Sequence record: SRR31156797_5325
DNA: 64,000 nt
Strand: one strand, 5' to 3'
In this document: positions 39,782 to 50,512 of the stretch, one piece after another
Numbering within the stretch: position 1 is the first letter of the stretch
How the letters are laid out: each line of letters opens with the position of its first letter
The notes under the pieces: model-generated
Databases searched by the model: none
What the model saw: the letters and a program-made list of their open reading frames with translations, nothing else
What the model was told of the DNA's origin: nothing
Translations under genes and position numbers: made by a program

Positions 39782-40261
39782 TTAATGGAACACTTGAGCA
39801 CCAAAGCGTAAACACTTACCTGGGCTCATCAACTGCCTAAACGCCGTTTTATCCAGTTTAATCAACGTTTCATGATCACCAGCTTCAATGTAAACGTGGT
39901 CAAGCTCAGTTAAAAACTGATCGCACACCATCGGCATGTGATAAATACTGCCCACTGGCGGTACTGCGCCATGTTCACAATCTCCAAAAAGCTTATACAC
40001 TTCTTGCTCTTTCACGAGATGGTATTTTGCTTGCAGTTCATCATTGAGTACCGACAAACTCACTTTTGCATTTGCCGGTAATACCGCCATTAAATGCTTA
40101 CCATCATGGTCTTCCAAAATCACCCCTTTCGCTAAACTCATCGGCAAGATGTTAGCTTTTTGCGCACTTTGCCAAGAGCTATTACTGTGGCTGTGATTGA
40201 CCGTTTGATAACGAATGTTCTGCTCATTTAAATAGCGGTCTAAGCGGGTTACTGTCGTCAT
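39782..40261 (-). CDS. YbaK/ProX-type aminoacyl-tRNA deacylase
   Basis: LAKGVIL, GAVPPVG, EAGDH; GGAGG RBS. Confidence 0.88.
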   Translation of the reverse strand: MTTVTRLDRYLNEQNIRYQTVNHSHSNSSWQSAQKANILPMSLAKGVILEDHDGKHLMAVLPANAKVSLSVLNDELQAKYHLVKEQEVYKLFGDCEHGAVPPVGSIYHMPMVCDQFLTELDHVYIEAGDHETLIKLDKTAFRQLMSPGKCLRFGAQVFH

Positions 40262-40333
40262 CATCAACCTCCGCATCCTTGATACCCATTTTAAAGTATA
40301 GGATCGACCAGCAAGTTTCTCCTGCTTACCCCG

Positions 40334-41350
40334 CTAATCAATTTGAGGAATAAACCACGATTTAAACTCTTGCAGTAACTCGTCATATTGAGGGTGCTCT
40401 TTCGCAACAGAATCGATACACGGTGCAATCGTCGTTTTATTGTAAGCTTGATTGGTCAATCTTAACGCCAGTTGCTCCATCGGGTATGGATCCAGCATAT
40501 CGCTAAAAATGTTTGCTTCTCGCACTCGCCCTTTTTCAACATCCAGATAAACATCAACCCCACCCCAGGTAAATCGCTCATCCATACGGTGAGTAAACGG
40601 CGGTGTTTGACCAAAGTTCCAATCCCAACTCTCCTGCATAGCAAATTTCTCTGTGAAGTTGGGTAAATCATGGAAGTGTTGCGGCGAGATAAACTCTGCT
40701 GTGACTGACTCGTCATAATACTCTTGATACGCTTGCATGATCGCTTCGCACACTTGGTGATGATCAATATCCTGTTTAACCGTGTTTAGGTTAATGACAC
40801 GTGACTTAACGGACGTGATCCCTTTCGCTTGGAGTTTTTTCTGGTCAGGATTGAGGTAATCGGCAAGGCGGGTTAGATCTGCACTTAACAGCAGAGTACC
40901 GTGATGGAAACCACGATCGACAGTTTCACGATAGGCAGAGCCAGAGAACTTTTTAATACTGGACTCATCTTCAATCACCAAATCGTTGCGGCCATTGGCC
41001 ACGCCATTAATGCCCAACTTTGCAAGCGCCGCGAGGACAATATTGGTCGAGACTTCTTTGTCATATTCAGGCTTTGCCGCCATGAAAGTAAAGTTGGTAT
41101 TACCTAAGTCGTGGAACACCGCACCACCGCCCGTTTGTCTGCGGGCCAGCTTGACGTTATCCTGCTCCATCCGATCTGTTTTACATTCACGCCAAGGGTT
41201 TTGAGCACGGCCAATGACAACCGTGTCGGCGTTACGCCACAAGAAAAGAACCCGTTGGTCTGAAGGCATCGATCGAAAAATCGTATCTTCAACCGCTAAG
41301 TTGAACCAAGGGTTAGTTGAATCAGAGATAAGAATGCGAGTTTTGCTCAT
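40334..41350 (-). CDS. lplA: Lipoate-protein ligase A
   Basis: [30 protein letters not shown]; start ATG 41350. Confidence 0.95.
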   Translation of the reverse strand: MSKTRILISDSTNPWFNLAVEDTIFRSMPSDQRVLFLWRNADTVVIGRAQNPWRECKTDRMEQDNVKLARRQTGGGAVFHDLGNTNFTFMAAKPEYDKEVSTNIVLAALAKLGINGVANGRNDLVIEDESSIKKFSGSAYRETVDRGFHHGTLLLSADLTRLADYLNPDQKKLQAKGITSVKSRVINLNTVKQDIDHHQVCEAIMQAYQEYYDESVTAEFISPQHFHDLPNFTEKFAMQESWDWNFGQTPPFTHRMDERFTWGGVDVYLDVEKGRVREANIFSDMLDPYPMEQLALRLTNQAYNKTTIAPCIDSVAKEHPQYDELLQEFKSWFIPQID

Positions 41351-41453
41351 CGATGTATGTTCCTCACCAAGGGATAGAACACACATCTTACTGATTCAAC
41401 AAAGGTAAAACGAGCCGTTAATGCCTATTAATGTCATTGTTTAAAGCCATGCC

Positions 41454-42806
41454 TTACTCAAAGCAAACTTTTGCCCAACGAGCTAAGCCCGCAGTCACGG
41501 AACCAAAGTAGTTACCACTCACAACAGGAACAGTTGGCAGAGCCTGCTCTACTGCGCTACGTAAAATCGGCGATCGGGCTGAACCTCCCGTCATAAAGAT
41601 AACATCGGGCTTTACGCCACCTAAAGAGACGGCCTCAGTCACTAACTCAACCATTTTATTTTTAGGCGCTTCAATCGCTTCTACCATTTGGTCAAAACTA
41701 ATGTCGACCGCTATTTGTTCAGCTGCCACCTTAAGTTGTGCTTGAGTTGTCGTACAATCAGACAGAGCTATTTTCGTCTCTTCTGCTTTTTTGACCAAGC
41801 TATAACCTAAAGTGTCATGGTAAACCGTCAATAGGCGAGCCAGTTTTTCTGGTTCCGCCGCTTCTTTGTGTAAACGGGTTAAATCCGCCAAATTCTGTTT
41901 AGCAAAGAACTTCGCTTGCGCGCTAACATCGTTGATCGCGATAGGGTTCCAGAACTGAGTGATGGGCATTTCCAACCCAGAAAGCGTTTTACTGCCATAA
42001 CCAAACGGGGTCATAAGCTGTTTAAAGGTCAGGTGAATATCCAGATCGTTACCACCGACTCGCTGACCACTGTGTGCAATTAGGCTTTGGGCTCGGTCAG
42101 CTTTTCCTTTCCAAGAGGGACCCATTTTAATGAGAGAACAGTCGGTCGTACCGCCACCGATATCCACCACCAAGACCGTTTTATCTTCACTTAGAGTGGC
42201 CTCATACTCCAATCCAGCCGCGACTGGCTCGAACTGAAACTCAATATGACGAAAACCCGCGCGTGTCGCAGCTCGACGCAGAATGCTTTCAGCCTGCAGG
42301 TTAGACGCTTCACCACCTCGCCCCTGAAAGTTGACCGGACGACCGATAACCGCATCGACAATGCTTTGCTGAGTTGAAGTTTCTGCTTGAGTTTTAATGT
42401 TGCTCATCATGGCACAGACCAGATCTTCAAAGAACCCTAACTGCGCGTCACGTAAGCCCACCGCTCCCAAAAACGACTTAGGAGACTTCACATAATAAAC
42501 TTCATGGGGATCTGAAAGGTACAAATCTAAAGCGGCTTGACCAAACATGACATCATCAAATTGGAGGTCAATATCTTCTTCACGGTTGGCGGCGATCGCT
42601 CGACGTAAACGCTGTTCGCCAACGTTATCGAGTGGTGATAAGTTGCGATGACGAAACAGATGCTCTGCCACTGAATCACGAGTCGGCGCAGCAAGCGTGG
42701 AAGGAATATAGAGGTTATCTTGTTCTAACGCATGCAATTGAGGGGTATCTCCTTGCATCGTTGCCACTGAACAATTTGCGGTACCGTAGTCAAAACCGAT
42801 GTACAT
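41454..42806 (-). CDS. yegD: Hsp70-like chaperone YegD
   Basis: GFDYGTANC, EPVAA, DIGGGTTD, TGGSA. Confidence 0.9.
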   Translation of the reverse strand: MYIGFDYGTANCSVATMQGDTPQLHALEQDNLYIPSTLAAPTRDSVAEHLFRHRNLSPLDNVGEQRLRRAIAANREEDIDLQFDDVMFGQAALDLYLSDPHEVYYVKSPKSFLGAVGLRDAQLGFFEDLVCAMMSNIKTQAETSTQQSIVDAVIGRPVNFQGRGGEASNLQAESILRRAATRAGFRHIEFQFEPVAAGLEYEATLSEDKTVLVVDIGGGTTDCSLIKMGPSWKGKADRAQSLIAHSGQRVGGNDLDIHLTFKQLMTPFGYGSKTLSGLEMPITQFWNPIAINDVSAQAKFFAKQNLADLTRLHKEAAEPEKLARLLTVYHDTLGYSLVKKAEETKIALSDCTTTQAQLKVAAEQIAVDISFDQMVEAIEAPKNKMVELVTEAVSLGGVKPDVIFMTGGSARSPILRSAVEQALPTVPVVSGNYFGSVTAGLARWAKVCFE

Positions 42807-42930
42807 ATACGCTCTCCAACTCGTTTTTCGAAAAAGGTTGGAGATGCTACATCAAGCTTGCTTGTAACTCTACAAAAAAGCCGCAGCTTTTTACGGCTAC
42901 GGCTTTATCAATCGATAACGATAGAAACGG

Positions 42931-43515
42931 CTACTTGCGACCAACACCCATAATGACCGGTTTTACACCTTGAGGCGTGTTCACTTCAAACGCAATACTG
43001 GTATCCACCGAAGAGAAACCTGCTTGAGCAAAAACCAGCTCGATATCTAATTGACTCAGGCCATACTCGGGATCATCTTCATCAACCAACCAATCCCAAA
43101 TGACGAACAAGCCATCTTCTTCAAGCAAGGTTGCCACAATTTCCACGATTTTCGGCAAATCCGAAACAAAGCCACACACTGAAGAAGCAACAACAAGATC
43201 AAACTGTTTTCTAAATGCTGGATGCTGAGCAACCAAACCACGAGATAAGTAATCAACCACAGGCTCGACATTGACGAGCTCTTTTTTATCTAACTCTTCA
43301 ATCATTGCCTCAGAGCCATCAAGAGCAACAATATCTTTGGCCAAAGGAGACATCAATTGAGTCAGTAAACCAGTACCACACCCAAAATCTAAAATATGCT
43401 TACCTTCAACGCGGGTAACATTTTGAAGTTGTTGGAATACGTTTTGTGCAAAAACCGTTGTTGTTTCGTCTTTTTCCCAATTTGGAGCGTATTCGTCCCA
43501 ATCGTGTGCCATCAT
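42931..43515 (-). CDS. Class I SAM-dependent methyltransferase
   Basis: LDFGCGTG motif I. Confidence 0.9.
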   Translation of the reverse strand: MMAHDWDEYAPNWEKDETTTVFAQNVFQQLQNVTRVEGKHILDFGCGTGLLTQLMSPLAKDIVALDGSEAMIEELDKKELVNVEPVVDYLSRGLVAQHPAFRKQFDLVVASSVCGFVSDLPKIVEIVATLLEEDGLFVIWDWLVDEDDPEYGLSQLDIELVFAQAGFSSVDTSIAFEVNTPQGVKPVIMGVGRK

Positions 43516-43804
43516 GGCCTCCGTATTACTTCTTGTATGCGGCTATAACGACAAGATTAAACCAAAATGGTGCTAAGTTCATAGCACTACAGCATAATCT
43601 TGTTGAAGAATTTGCGTTTCTTTCCCATTTTTACTTTGCAACTACCGCTTACAAGCTGTTTTTTACAACAATTTGTGAATTTTTTAATAGCTATGTAACT
43701 ATTGCACAGAGACCCATACGGTTAAAATTCAATCGCACTGGCTTGATAGGCACAAGCCGTAAAATTGTATATGATTCTGATACTTTTACTCGTTTAAGAA
43801 CGTT

Positions 43805-44683
43805 ATGAACCTATCGCAAATTGAAGCTTTTTGTACCATCGCTGATACTGGCTCAGTTTCAGAGGCAGCCCGACAACTTGAGTGTAATCGTACGAAACTG
43901 AGTATGGCGATCAAAGCACTGGAGAAAGAGCTGGAAGTTGAGCTATTTCAACGTACTGGAAACAATTTAACGCTTTCTGAAGCGGGTAAAGCTATCTACA
44001 AAGATTGTGAAAATATTCTGATTACCGCGTCAAGAATCAAACACACTTGCTCACAGGTGTCTAACGAGTTTGCGGCAGAAATGTGGATAGCGCGTGACGA
44101 TTCGCTACCCGATGTTTTCTGGCAAGATTTAGCGCATAAGCTTAATAATCTGTTCCCCAACACTTCATTCAATATGTTCCTCGCATCCAGTGGCGATTTA
44201 GCCAACATGGTGGCCACCCAACAAGTTGATTTTGCGTTTGGCGTTGACTACGAGCGTTTGGACGACCCGCGTATTCGTTATCAGCCATTAGGCAAAATAC
44301 GTATGATGTCAGTATGTAAGTCCTCCCATCCACTTGCTAAATTAAAACGTGTTGCGGATGAGGAGCTGCGCAAGTCAATGCAAGCGGTAATGGTGTACCT
44401 CAATGAAAAAGATAACCCAAGCTTAGAGCCATTCTCCCGCCGCTATATTGGCTTTTCGAGCTTTGAATACATCCTCAATACCATTCTGAATGAGAATGCC
44501 TGGGGCGTATTGCCAGAACCCATCATTCGTCATTATCTACGTGAACAGAAACTGTCCGTTATCAAACACACCTATGGTTTAACTCAAGAAGATTACTGTA
44601 TGTTTACCGCCGCAGGTATGGAAGAAAACCCAGCGATAGTTTTGTTAGCGGACAAAATAAATGACTACTTATTCGATTTTTAA
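43805..44683 (+). CDS. LysR-family regulator
   Basis: GSVSEAARQL...LEKELEVELFQR HTH. Confidence 0.92.
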   Translation: MNLSQIEAFCTIADTGSVSEAARQLECNRTKLSMAIKALEKELEVELFQRTGNNLTLSEAGKAIYKDCENILITASRIKHTCSQVSNEFAAEMWIARDDSLPDVFWQDLAHKLNNLFPNTSFNMFLASSGDLANMVATQQVDFAFGVDYERLDDPRIRYQPLGKIRMMSVCKSSHPLAKLKRVADEELRKSMQAVMVYLNEKDNPSLEPFSRRYIGFSSFEYILNTILNENAWGVLPEPIIRHYLREQKLSVIKHTYGLTQEDYCMFTAAGMEENPAIVLLADKINDYLFDF

Positions 44684-44861
44684 CCACGGAAAAGCCAGTC
44701 AGCGTCAAAAATATTGACACAAAATAGATAGTATAACCATTTGAATTACAAAGCAAAAACCAAAACAGAACAATTATCGACCAACTCAAAAATCATTTAG
44801 TGATTGTCAAAGATTTATTCGGGGTCAAAATATCAGCAGATTTTTTACTGGTATTCCCATT

Positions 44862-45758
44862 ATGTGTGCAAAAACAAGCTTCAACGAAAAACGAGTCCTA
44901 ACGCTTTCAGCCATTATCTCATCAGGGTTTGCGCTGGGCGGATTGATCGTCGGCTTACTTGTTAGTTCACTCGTTATTCTTTTTGACGGTATGTACTCTT
45001 TAGTGAGTTTACTGTTAACTATTTTGTCGCTAATTGCTTCACGCTATATTCATAAACCATCTGACGACACCTTTCAGTTTGGTCGAGCAGCATTAGAACC
45101 CGCGGTAATCGCTATCAAAGGTGCGGTTATTCTACTGGTTGTTGGGTACTCCTTATACAACGCCGTACTGGCGATGTTTACCGGCGGACGTGAAGTAGAC
45201 GCGTCAATTGCAACTCTATTTGGCGTGATAAACGTGGTGGGTTGCGGTCTAGCTTGGCTGTACATGGCAAAACTGCACAAGAAAACCGCTTCAGGCCTTA
45301 TCGATGCTGAAGTAAAACAGTGGAAAATGGACACATTACTTAGTGTGGCAGTGACGGCAGGCTTTGTGTCAGCATGGTTAGTCACACTTTCACCACTGGC
45401 AGAGTACTCAGTTTATGCTGACCCTATGATGATGCTAGCCATGTCGTTCTACTTTATTAAGGTGCCTTACGATATGCTGCGCTCTTCTCTGCGAGAGCTA
45501 TTTATGATGGCTCCGAGCAAAGAAATCTGTTACACCGTTGATCAAGGAATTGTGGCTGCGGGTGAAGAATCAGAACAGGTCGTTGAATTATCAGCGGTGA
45601 CAAAAATCGGTCGCGAACTGTGGGTTGATGTTGATATTCGAGCGGACGATAGCAAAGTGATTGCTATCGAGGATATCGAAACCACTCGCCGAACGCTAAA
45701 AAGCAAGTTGTCTAAGCTTCCGTTTGACCTGCAATTGAGTGTCAATATCGCGACCTAG
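44862..45758 (+). CDS. Cation diffusion facilitator family transporter
   Basis: Six TM helices; FQFG..LE and WKMD motifs; cytoplasmic C-domain. Confidence 0.82.
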   Translation: MCAKTSFNEKRVLTLSAIISSGFALGGLIVGLLVSSLVILFDGMYSLVSLLLTILSLIASRYIHKPSDDTFQFGRAALEPAVIAIKGAVILLVVGYSLYNAVLAMFTGGREVDASIATLFGVINVVGCGLAWLYMAKLHKKTASGLIDAEVKQWKMDTLLSVAVTAGFVSAWLVTLSPLAEYSVYADPMMMLAMSFYFIKVPYDMLRSSLRELFMMAPSKEICYTVDQGIVAAGEESEQVVELSAVTKIGRELWVDVDIRADDSKVIAIEDIETTRRTLKSKLSKLPFDLQLSVNIAT

Positions 45759-45764
45759 AACAAA

Positions 45765-45804
45765 CAAAAAAAGAGCCCCGGGAATGATGCGGGGCTCTTT
45801 TTTA
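45765..45804. terminator. Bidirectional terminator
   Basis: AAAAAAAGAGCCCCG...CGGGGCTCTTTTT. Confidence 0.85.
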
Positions 45805-45830
45805 TCTAATTGTCTCGTCCTGACATGTGC

Positions 45831-46763
45831 TTACACATTGTCACTCGCGACCACACTTTCACTCAATGCTTTATTCTTATTTGCTTTCGTGCGGGTCACC
45901 CACCAACATATCAATGACCCAATGGTTACCATGACCACCCCTTGCCAGAAAGAAGCCCCTAGAACCACACCCAAAATCACAGATGAAAGCAGCGTTGATA
46001 TTACAGGCGTAAAGTAAGAGAGCGTGGCCAGTAGCATCATGTTGCCGCGCAAAATGGCGATGTTCCACAGTGCATATCCACTGCCCATAACCATACCGGT
46101 TAACAACAAGTTCAAAGTCGATGGCAAGGAGAAAACCAGCGCTTCCTCATCACTCACCGCATATTTCGCCCACAGTGCTATCGCCGTCATAATGAAAAAC
46201 ACAGTAATGGCATTTTGCCCATTGGCTAAGCTTTTGGTGACATTACAATATACAGCCCAAATCATGGCACCAAAAAACGCCATCGCGTAAGTGACCGGAT
46301 TGGTTGCCACGTTAGCGGCAATACTCGCAATAGAGAGGCCATTATCGCCAGTAATCGTCCATGCAACGCCGATAAAAGCTAACAGGATACTGGGATAAAC
46401 CAACCAGTTAACCGGCTTTCGGCTAAGAATAACAGCAAGCAGTACCGTTAAAGCTGGCCACAGATAGTTCACTACCCCCATCTCTAATGCCTGATGACGA
46501 GAATTCGCCATACCGAGTGCCAATGCTAAGCAGATCTCGTAGCTGACAAACAATGCCCCGCCAATCATCAGATATTTGACTGAAAAAGACTTAATTTTTG
46601 GAGGTCCCATCACCAGAACCAGAAAGATGGATGCAACTGTATAAATTAATGCTGCGCCGCCAATTGGACCAAACTGCTCTGCGACAGTCCGTGTCAGCCC
46701 CATAAGACAGGCCCATAGCAAGATCGCCGCTACACCAAACAGTGTATGTCTATGGTTAGCCAA
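45831..46763 (-). CDS. yddG: Aromatic amino acid exporter (DMT/EamA family)
   Basis: FVSYEICL, VNYLWP and SYFTPV motifs; 10 TM helices. Confidence 0.85.
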   Translation of the reverse strand: MANHRHTLFGVAAILLWACLMGLTRTVAEQFGPIGGAALIYTVASIFLVLVMGPPKIKSFSVKYLMIGGALFVSYEICLALALGMANSRHQALEMGVVNYLWPALTVLLAVILSRKPVNWLVYPSILLAFIGVAWTITGDNGLSIASIAANVATNPVTYAMAFFGAMIWAVYCNVTKSLANGQNAITVFFIMTAIALWAKYAVSDEEALVFSLPSTLNLLLTGMVMGSGYALWNIAILRGNMMLLATLSYFTPVISTLLSSVILGVVLGASFWQGVVMVTIGSLICWWVTRTKANKNKALSESVVASDNV

Positions 46764-46799
46764 GCATCAACTCCTCATATCGAAATACCATAAAAAAGC

Positions 46800-47360
46800 T
46801 TACTCCTCGATAAGAGAGCGGATAATACGCGCTGGCGTACCGCCAACTAAGGTATCCGGTGGGACATCGCCATTCACAACCGAGTTGGCTGCGACCACAG
46901 AACGAGCACCAATAGTGACCCCCTGATTAATCACAGCATTACCACCAATCCACACGTCATCTTCAACGGTAATAGGTTTGCAGATGGTCTCCCATCGGCG
47001 TCTTGCCTCGTAATCCAGCGGATGGGTTGGCGTATAGAATTGAGCATTCGGGCCAATCAACACGTTGTTACCTATGGTAATTGGCGCGTTATCCAGCATC
47101 ACAACATTCATGTTAATGAACGTCGATTCACCAATAGAAATGGTTTTACCGAACTCACAGTGGAAAGGAGCCTGAACTAAGCTATACCCGATGCTTCCGA
47201 ACAGTTGAGTTTGCAACTTGAGGCGTTCTTCATCATCAATGCATTGGTTGATTTCCAATTTTAGCTTGGCGGCATTCTTACGTACGGCGATGATTTCAGG
47301 ATCGAATCCATCAAAATCCAACCCGTTGATCATTTTTTCAAGTTCAGTCATAGGATTCAT
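46800..47360 (-). CDS. Sugar O-acetyltransferase (maltose/galactoside type)
   Basis: Hexapeptide repeats; PITVEDDVWIGG, GGTPAR. Confidence 0.92.
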   Translation of the reverse strand: MNPMTELEKMINGLDFDGFDPEIIAVRKNAAKLKLEINQCIDDEERLKLQTQLFGSIGYSLVQAPFHCEFGKTISIGESTFINMNVVMLDNAPITIGNNVLIGPNAQFYTPTHPLDYEARRRWETICKPITVEDDVWIGGNAVINQGVTIGARSVVAANSVVNGDVPPDTLVGGTPARIIRSLIEE

Positions 47361-47439
47361 CTACTGCTCAATTGTAATGAACCCGAATCTTAAACCCTTT
47401 CAGCAAAAAAAATAGTGCCAATTATTAATAATAACTTTC

Positions 47440-48045
47440 CTAGTTTAACCAACGCTGCAGCATGACAGTTCCCTCAGGGGTGAGCGTCCAGCCCAGCGCA
47501 ACAATATGAACAACCATCAACCAAAAGAACAACAACTGGAAAACAATAGACTTAGGATTGAGGTTCAGCACATATTGCCCAACAACCGCGCCTGGCCAGC
47601 CACCCAATAGAGAAAGGAACAACAAAGCCGATTCCCCCGTAACTGGCTTATTACGTTTCTCACTGCGTTTATCAAACCAGTAAACCACCAGCAACACACT
47701 ACTTGCGGCAAGATAGTAATAAGGAACGATGAGTGGGTACTGCCAAAAATAAACACAGCCACACAGTGTGGCGGTAAACCAAACGACGATTAACGTCATC
47801 CAAGGAAAGGGGCGAGTTCCCTCCACGCGAGTTGCGCGTCGATTCCCATTTTCATCTTGGGTGATAACAAAACGTACTGGCTGTTTTATTTCGCCAATGT
47901 TGACCGAATTACGTACATCTGACAAAAGGAACTTGATTCTTAACGCGCCAGTATCAGGAATGATATAGCCATACCCTTTATCCACATACCACTCGGTAAT
48001 TTTGCCTTTCAGTACCATAAAGAAATGATTCTGCGAGTTAATCAT
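47440..48045 (-). CDS. Cold-shock domain plus DUF1294 membrane protein
   Basis: GKITEWYVDKGYGYI (CSD) followed by YWFDK...GGWPGA (DUF1294); true start may be 48018. Confidence 0.8.
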   Translation of the reverse strand: MINSQNHFFMVLKGKITEWYVDKGYGYIIPDTGALRIKFLLSDVRNSVNIGEIKQPVRFVITQDENGNRRATRVEGTRPFPWMTLIVVWFTATLCGCVYFWQYPLIVPYYYLAASSVLLVVYWFDKRSEKRNKPVTGESALLFLSLLGGWPGAVVGQYVLNLNPKSIVFQLLFFWLMVVHIVALGWTLTPEGTVMLQRWLN

Positions 48046-48086
48046 CCTTTAATGATAGGTAATGTTAGGGCGTTAAGGCCAACAAT

Positions 48087-48117
48087 AAAAAACGCCTTTG
48101 AGCACTCAAAGGCGTTT
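48087..48117 (-). terminator. Terminator of the photolyase-ldt operon
   Basis: AAAAAACGCCTTTGAG-CA-CTCAAAGGCGTTT. Confidence 0.8.
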
Positions 48118-48180
48118 CAACTTTCATAAGGTTAACGATCTATGGCAGGAGTCACTAACTGCAGTGCAGATAGTTCAGTA

Positions 48181-49095
48181 TTAATGGAAATCGGGTGCAA
48201 CCACCTCAACAGGTACACCATTTTGCGCCAAAATCACCGCTCTGGCCTTGGCATCAGATTTATCAAACTCGCTTAGCCACCACTGTAACTCCATTGGAAT
48301 AGCAAGAGATTTTTTGCTGCCATCACTTCGGGTTAAAGGTTCATGCGCTTCCAAAAATACGCTTCTGTCCGGTTCAAGAGCCACTTTAATCGGTTCATCA
48401 ATAATCCGAACTTTTTCACCTCTCTGAACTTGGCTAAACAGCCATTCAATATCTTTGGGTTCCATACGAATACAGCCCGAACTCACGCGAAGGCCAATAC
48501 CAAAATCTTTGTTCGTCCCGTGGATCAAATAATCACCCGCACCATAAGCCAGACGCAATGCATATTCACCTAATGGATTTTCAGGCCCTGCTGGAACCAC
48601 GGTCGGTAATTCAATTCCCTTTTGAAGGTATTCATTACGGATGGATTGAGGAGGTGTCCAGGTTGGATTAGGTCTTTTTTGGCTAATACTGGTTTCCATT
48701 TCAGGCGTGTCACGCCCAATACGTCCAATACCGACAGGAAAGATATGTACCTTTTGTTCATCGGGCTTAAAGTAGTAAAGACGCAGCTCTGCCAGGTTAA
48801 TTACGATACCTTCATAAGGCACCATCGGCAGAATAATCTGTGAAGGGATGGTGAGAACAAAGCCTTCTTGTGGCAAAAAAGGGTCAACGCCTTTGTTCGC
48901 CGCCATCAAAGCCAAAAAGCCAACATCGTACTTTTTCGCAATTTGCGCCAGTGTTTCACCTTTCTCAATCTCATGAAACTGAGTGCTTCCTACCATGCTG
49001 CTGCCACTCATCGGCCAGTCATAGGTTGCTGCAAATACATTGGCGACATAACTGGAAGCAACAACGCAGCCAATCAGTAAAAACTTACGCAACAT
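48181..49095 (-). CDS. L,D-transpeptidase (ErfK/YbiS family) with LysM
   Basis: IHGTN...SSGCIRM catalytic motif; signal peptide; start ATG 49095. Confidence 0.93.
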   Translation of the reverse strand: MLRKFLLIGCVVASSYVANVFAATYDWPMSGSSMVGSTQFHEIEKGETLAQIAKKYDVGFLALMAANKGVDPFLPQEGFVLTIPSQIILPMVPYEGIVINLAELRLYYFKPDEQKVHIFPVGIGRIGRDTPEMETSISQKRPNPTWTPPQSIRNEYLQKGIELPTVVPAGPENPLGEYALRLAYGAGDYLIHGTNKDFGIGLRVSSGCIRMEPKDIEWLFSQVQRGEKVRIIDEPIKVALEPDRSVFLEAHEPLTRSDGSKKSLAIPMELQWWLSEFDKSDAKARAVILAQNGVPVEVVAPDFH

Positions 49096-50512
49096 GTATA
49101 TCGTTATCCTTAGCATCTTTATACATCTGTAAGGTTACTTCTCTTTCTGCTTTGTGATCAACTATTGGCGACGGATATAACACGGAGTTAACACCAGACC
49201 ATAACCAAGGAGCATGAATATACTTGTCTGGAACAGAAGCGAGTTCTGGAATCCATTGGCGAATAAACGTGCCTTTACCATCGAATCTTTCGCCTTGCGT
49301 GATGGGGTTAAAGATTCGAAAATAAGGCTGGCCGTCACACCCTGTTGAAGCACACCACTGCCAACCCCCATTGTTTGCTGCATAATCGCCATCGATAAGT
49401 TGGCTCATAAAATAGCGTTCGCCCCAACGCCAGTCGATATGCAGATCTTTGGTCAGGAAGCTGGCGACAATCATTCTTAATCGATTATGCATCCAACCGG
49501 TTTGATTAAGCTGCCTCATCGCTGCGTCAACGATTGGATAACCCGTCTCCCCATGACACCAACGAGCAAACCACTCGTTATCTTGCCACCAGCGTAATCG
49601 AGCGCCCCAATCAAGAAAATCTTTGCTCTTACACAGCTTGGGCTCAAAAGTGAGTAAGTGTTGATAAAATTCACGCCAAATCAACTCGCTCAACCAAGTT
49701 TGAGCACCTTCAGATAAAATGCCCATATCAGCTTCAGCGTATAATCTCGCCATGCATTGTCTGGCAGAAAGTGCACCAATGGCTAGGTAAGGCGAAAGTG
49801 TACTCGTGCCATCTACGGCTGGGAAATCACGCTGTTGTTGGTAGTCGTCGACACGCTCCTGACAAAAAGCTCGCAAGTTAGCGCGAATGGATTCGAAATC
49901 ACTCGGCCATTGTTCACTACTCTCACGCGGATAGCTGAATGGTTGTTGTTCATTCCATTCTAAAGCTTGCATAGTTTCACTCAGCTCAACATTTGGTGCT
50001 TGTACCGTAGGTGAGATTTGAGGAATAGTGGCGATCTTCAACCACGCTTTTTTAAATGGGGTAAAAACTTTGAAATATTGGCCTTGCTTATTGAGCAAGC
50101 TCCCTGCAGGAATAATGCATTTATCATGAAATGCCTGCCAACCAATACCTAAATCTGTCAACGCTTGATATGTATTGATATCTCGCTGTTGCTCATTAAC
50201 TTCATATTCTTGATTGGCTAAAACTTCATTGGCCGAAAGTTGCTGTGCTAGCTCAGCGACACAACTAGCCGATTGCTCAAACGTTTCAACTTCACGATAC
50301 AGTAAAGGAATGTTCAACCCATTAAGCTCATCCTTTAAAGCATTAAGGCGTCGATAGATAAGGTCAGCTTGTTTAGGGGCCATATGATGCTGCTGCCACT
50401 GCTTAGGTGTCGCAACATACAGCGCGATAACCGCTTCGCCACTTTGAATCGCAGCGTTGAGAGCCGTATTGTCTACCGCTCTTAAATCGCGTCGTAGCCA
50501 AACCAGCTTCAC
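49085..50512 (-). CDS. phrB: Class I CPD photolyase
   Basis: WLRRDLR, TSTLSPYL, WREFY, GWMHNRLRM, NNGGWQW. Confidence 0.95.
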   Translation of the reverse strand: MKLVWLRRDLRAVDNTALNAAIQSGEAVIALYVATPKQWQQHHMAPKQADLIYRRLNALKDELNGLNIPLLYREVETFEQSASCVAELAQQLSANEVLANQEYEVNEQQRDINTYQALTDLGIGWQAFHDKCIIPAGSLLNKQGQYFKVFTPFKKAWLKIATIPQISPTVQAPNVELSETMQALEWNEQQPFSYPRESSEQWPSDFESIRANLRAFCQERVDDYQQQRDFPAVDGTSTLSPYLAIGALSARQCMARLYAEADMGILSEGAQTWLSELIWREFYQHLLTFEPKLCKSKDFLDWGARLRWWQDNEWFARWCHGETGYPIVDAAMRQLNQTGWMHNRLRMIVASFLTKDLHIDWRWGERYFMSQLIDGDYAANNGGWQWCASTGCDGQPYFRIFNPITQGERFDGKGTFIRQWIPELASVPDKYIHAPWLWSGVNSVLYPSPIVDHKAEREVTLQMYKDAKDNDIHVA

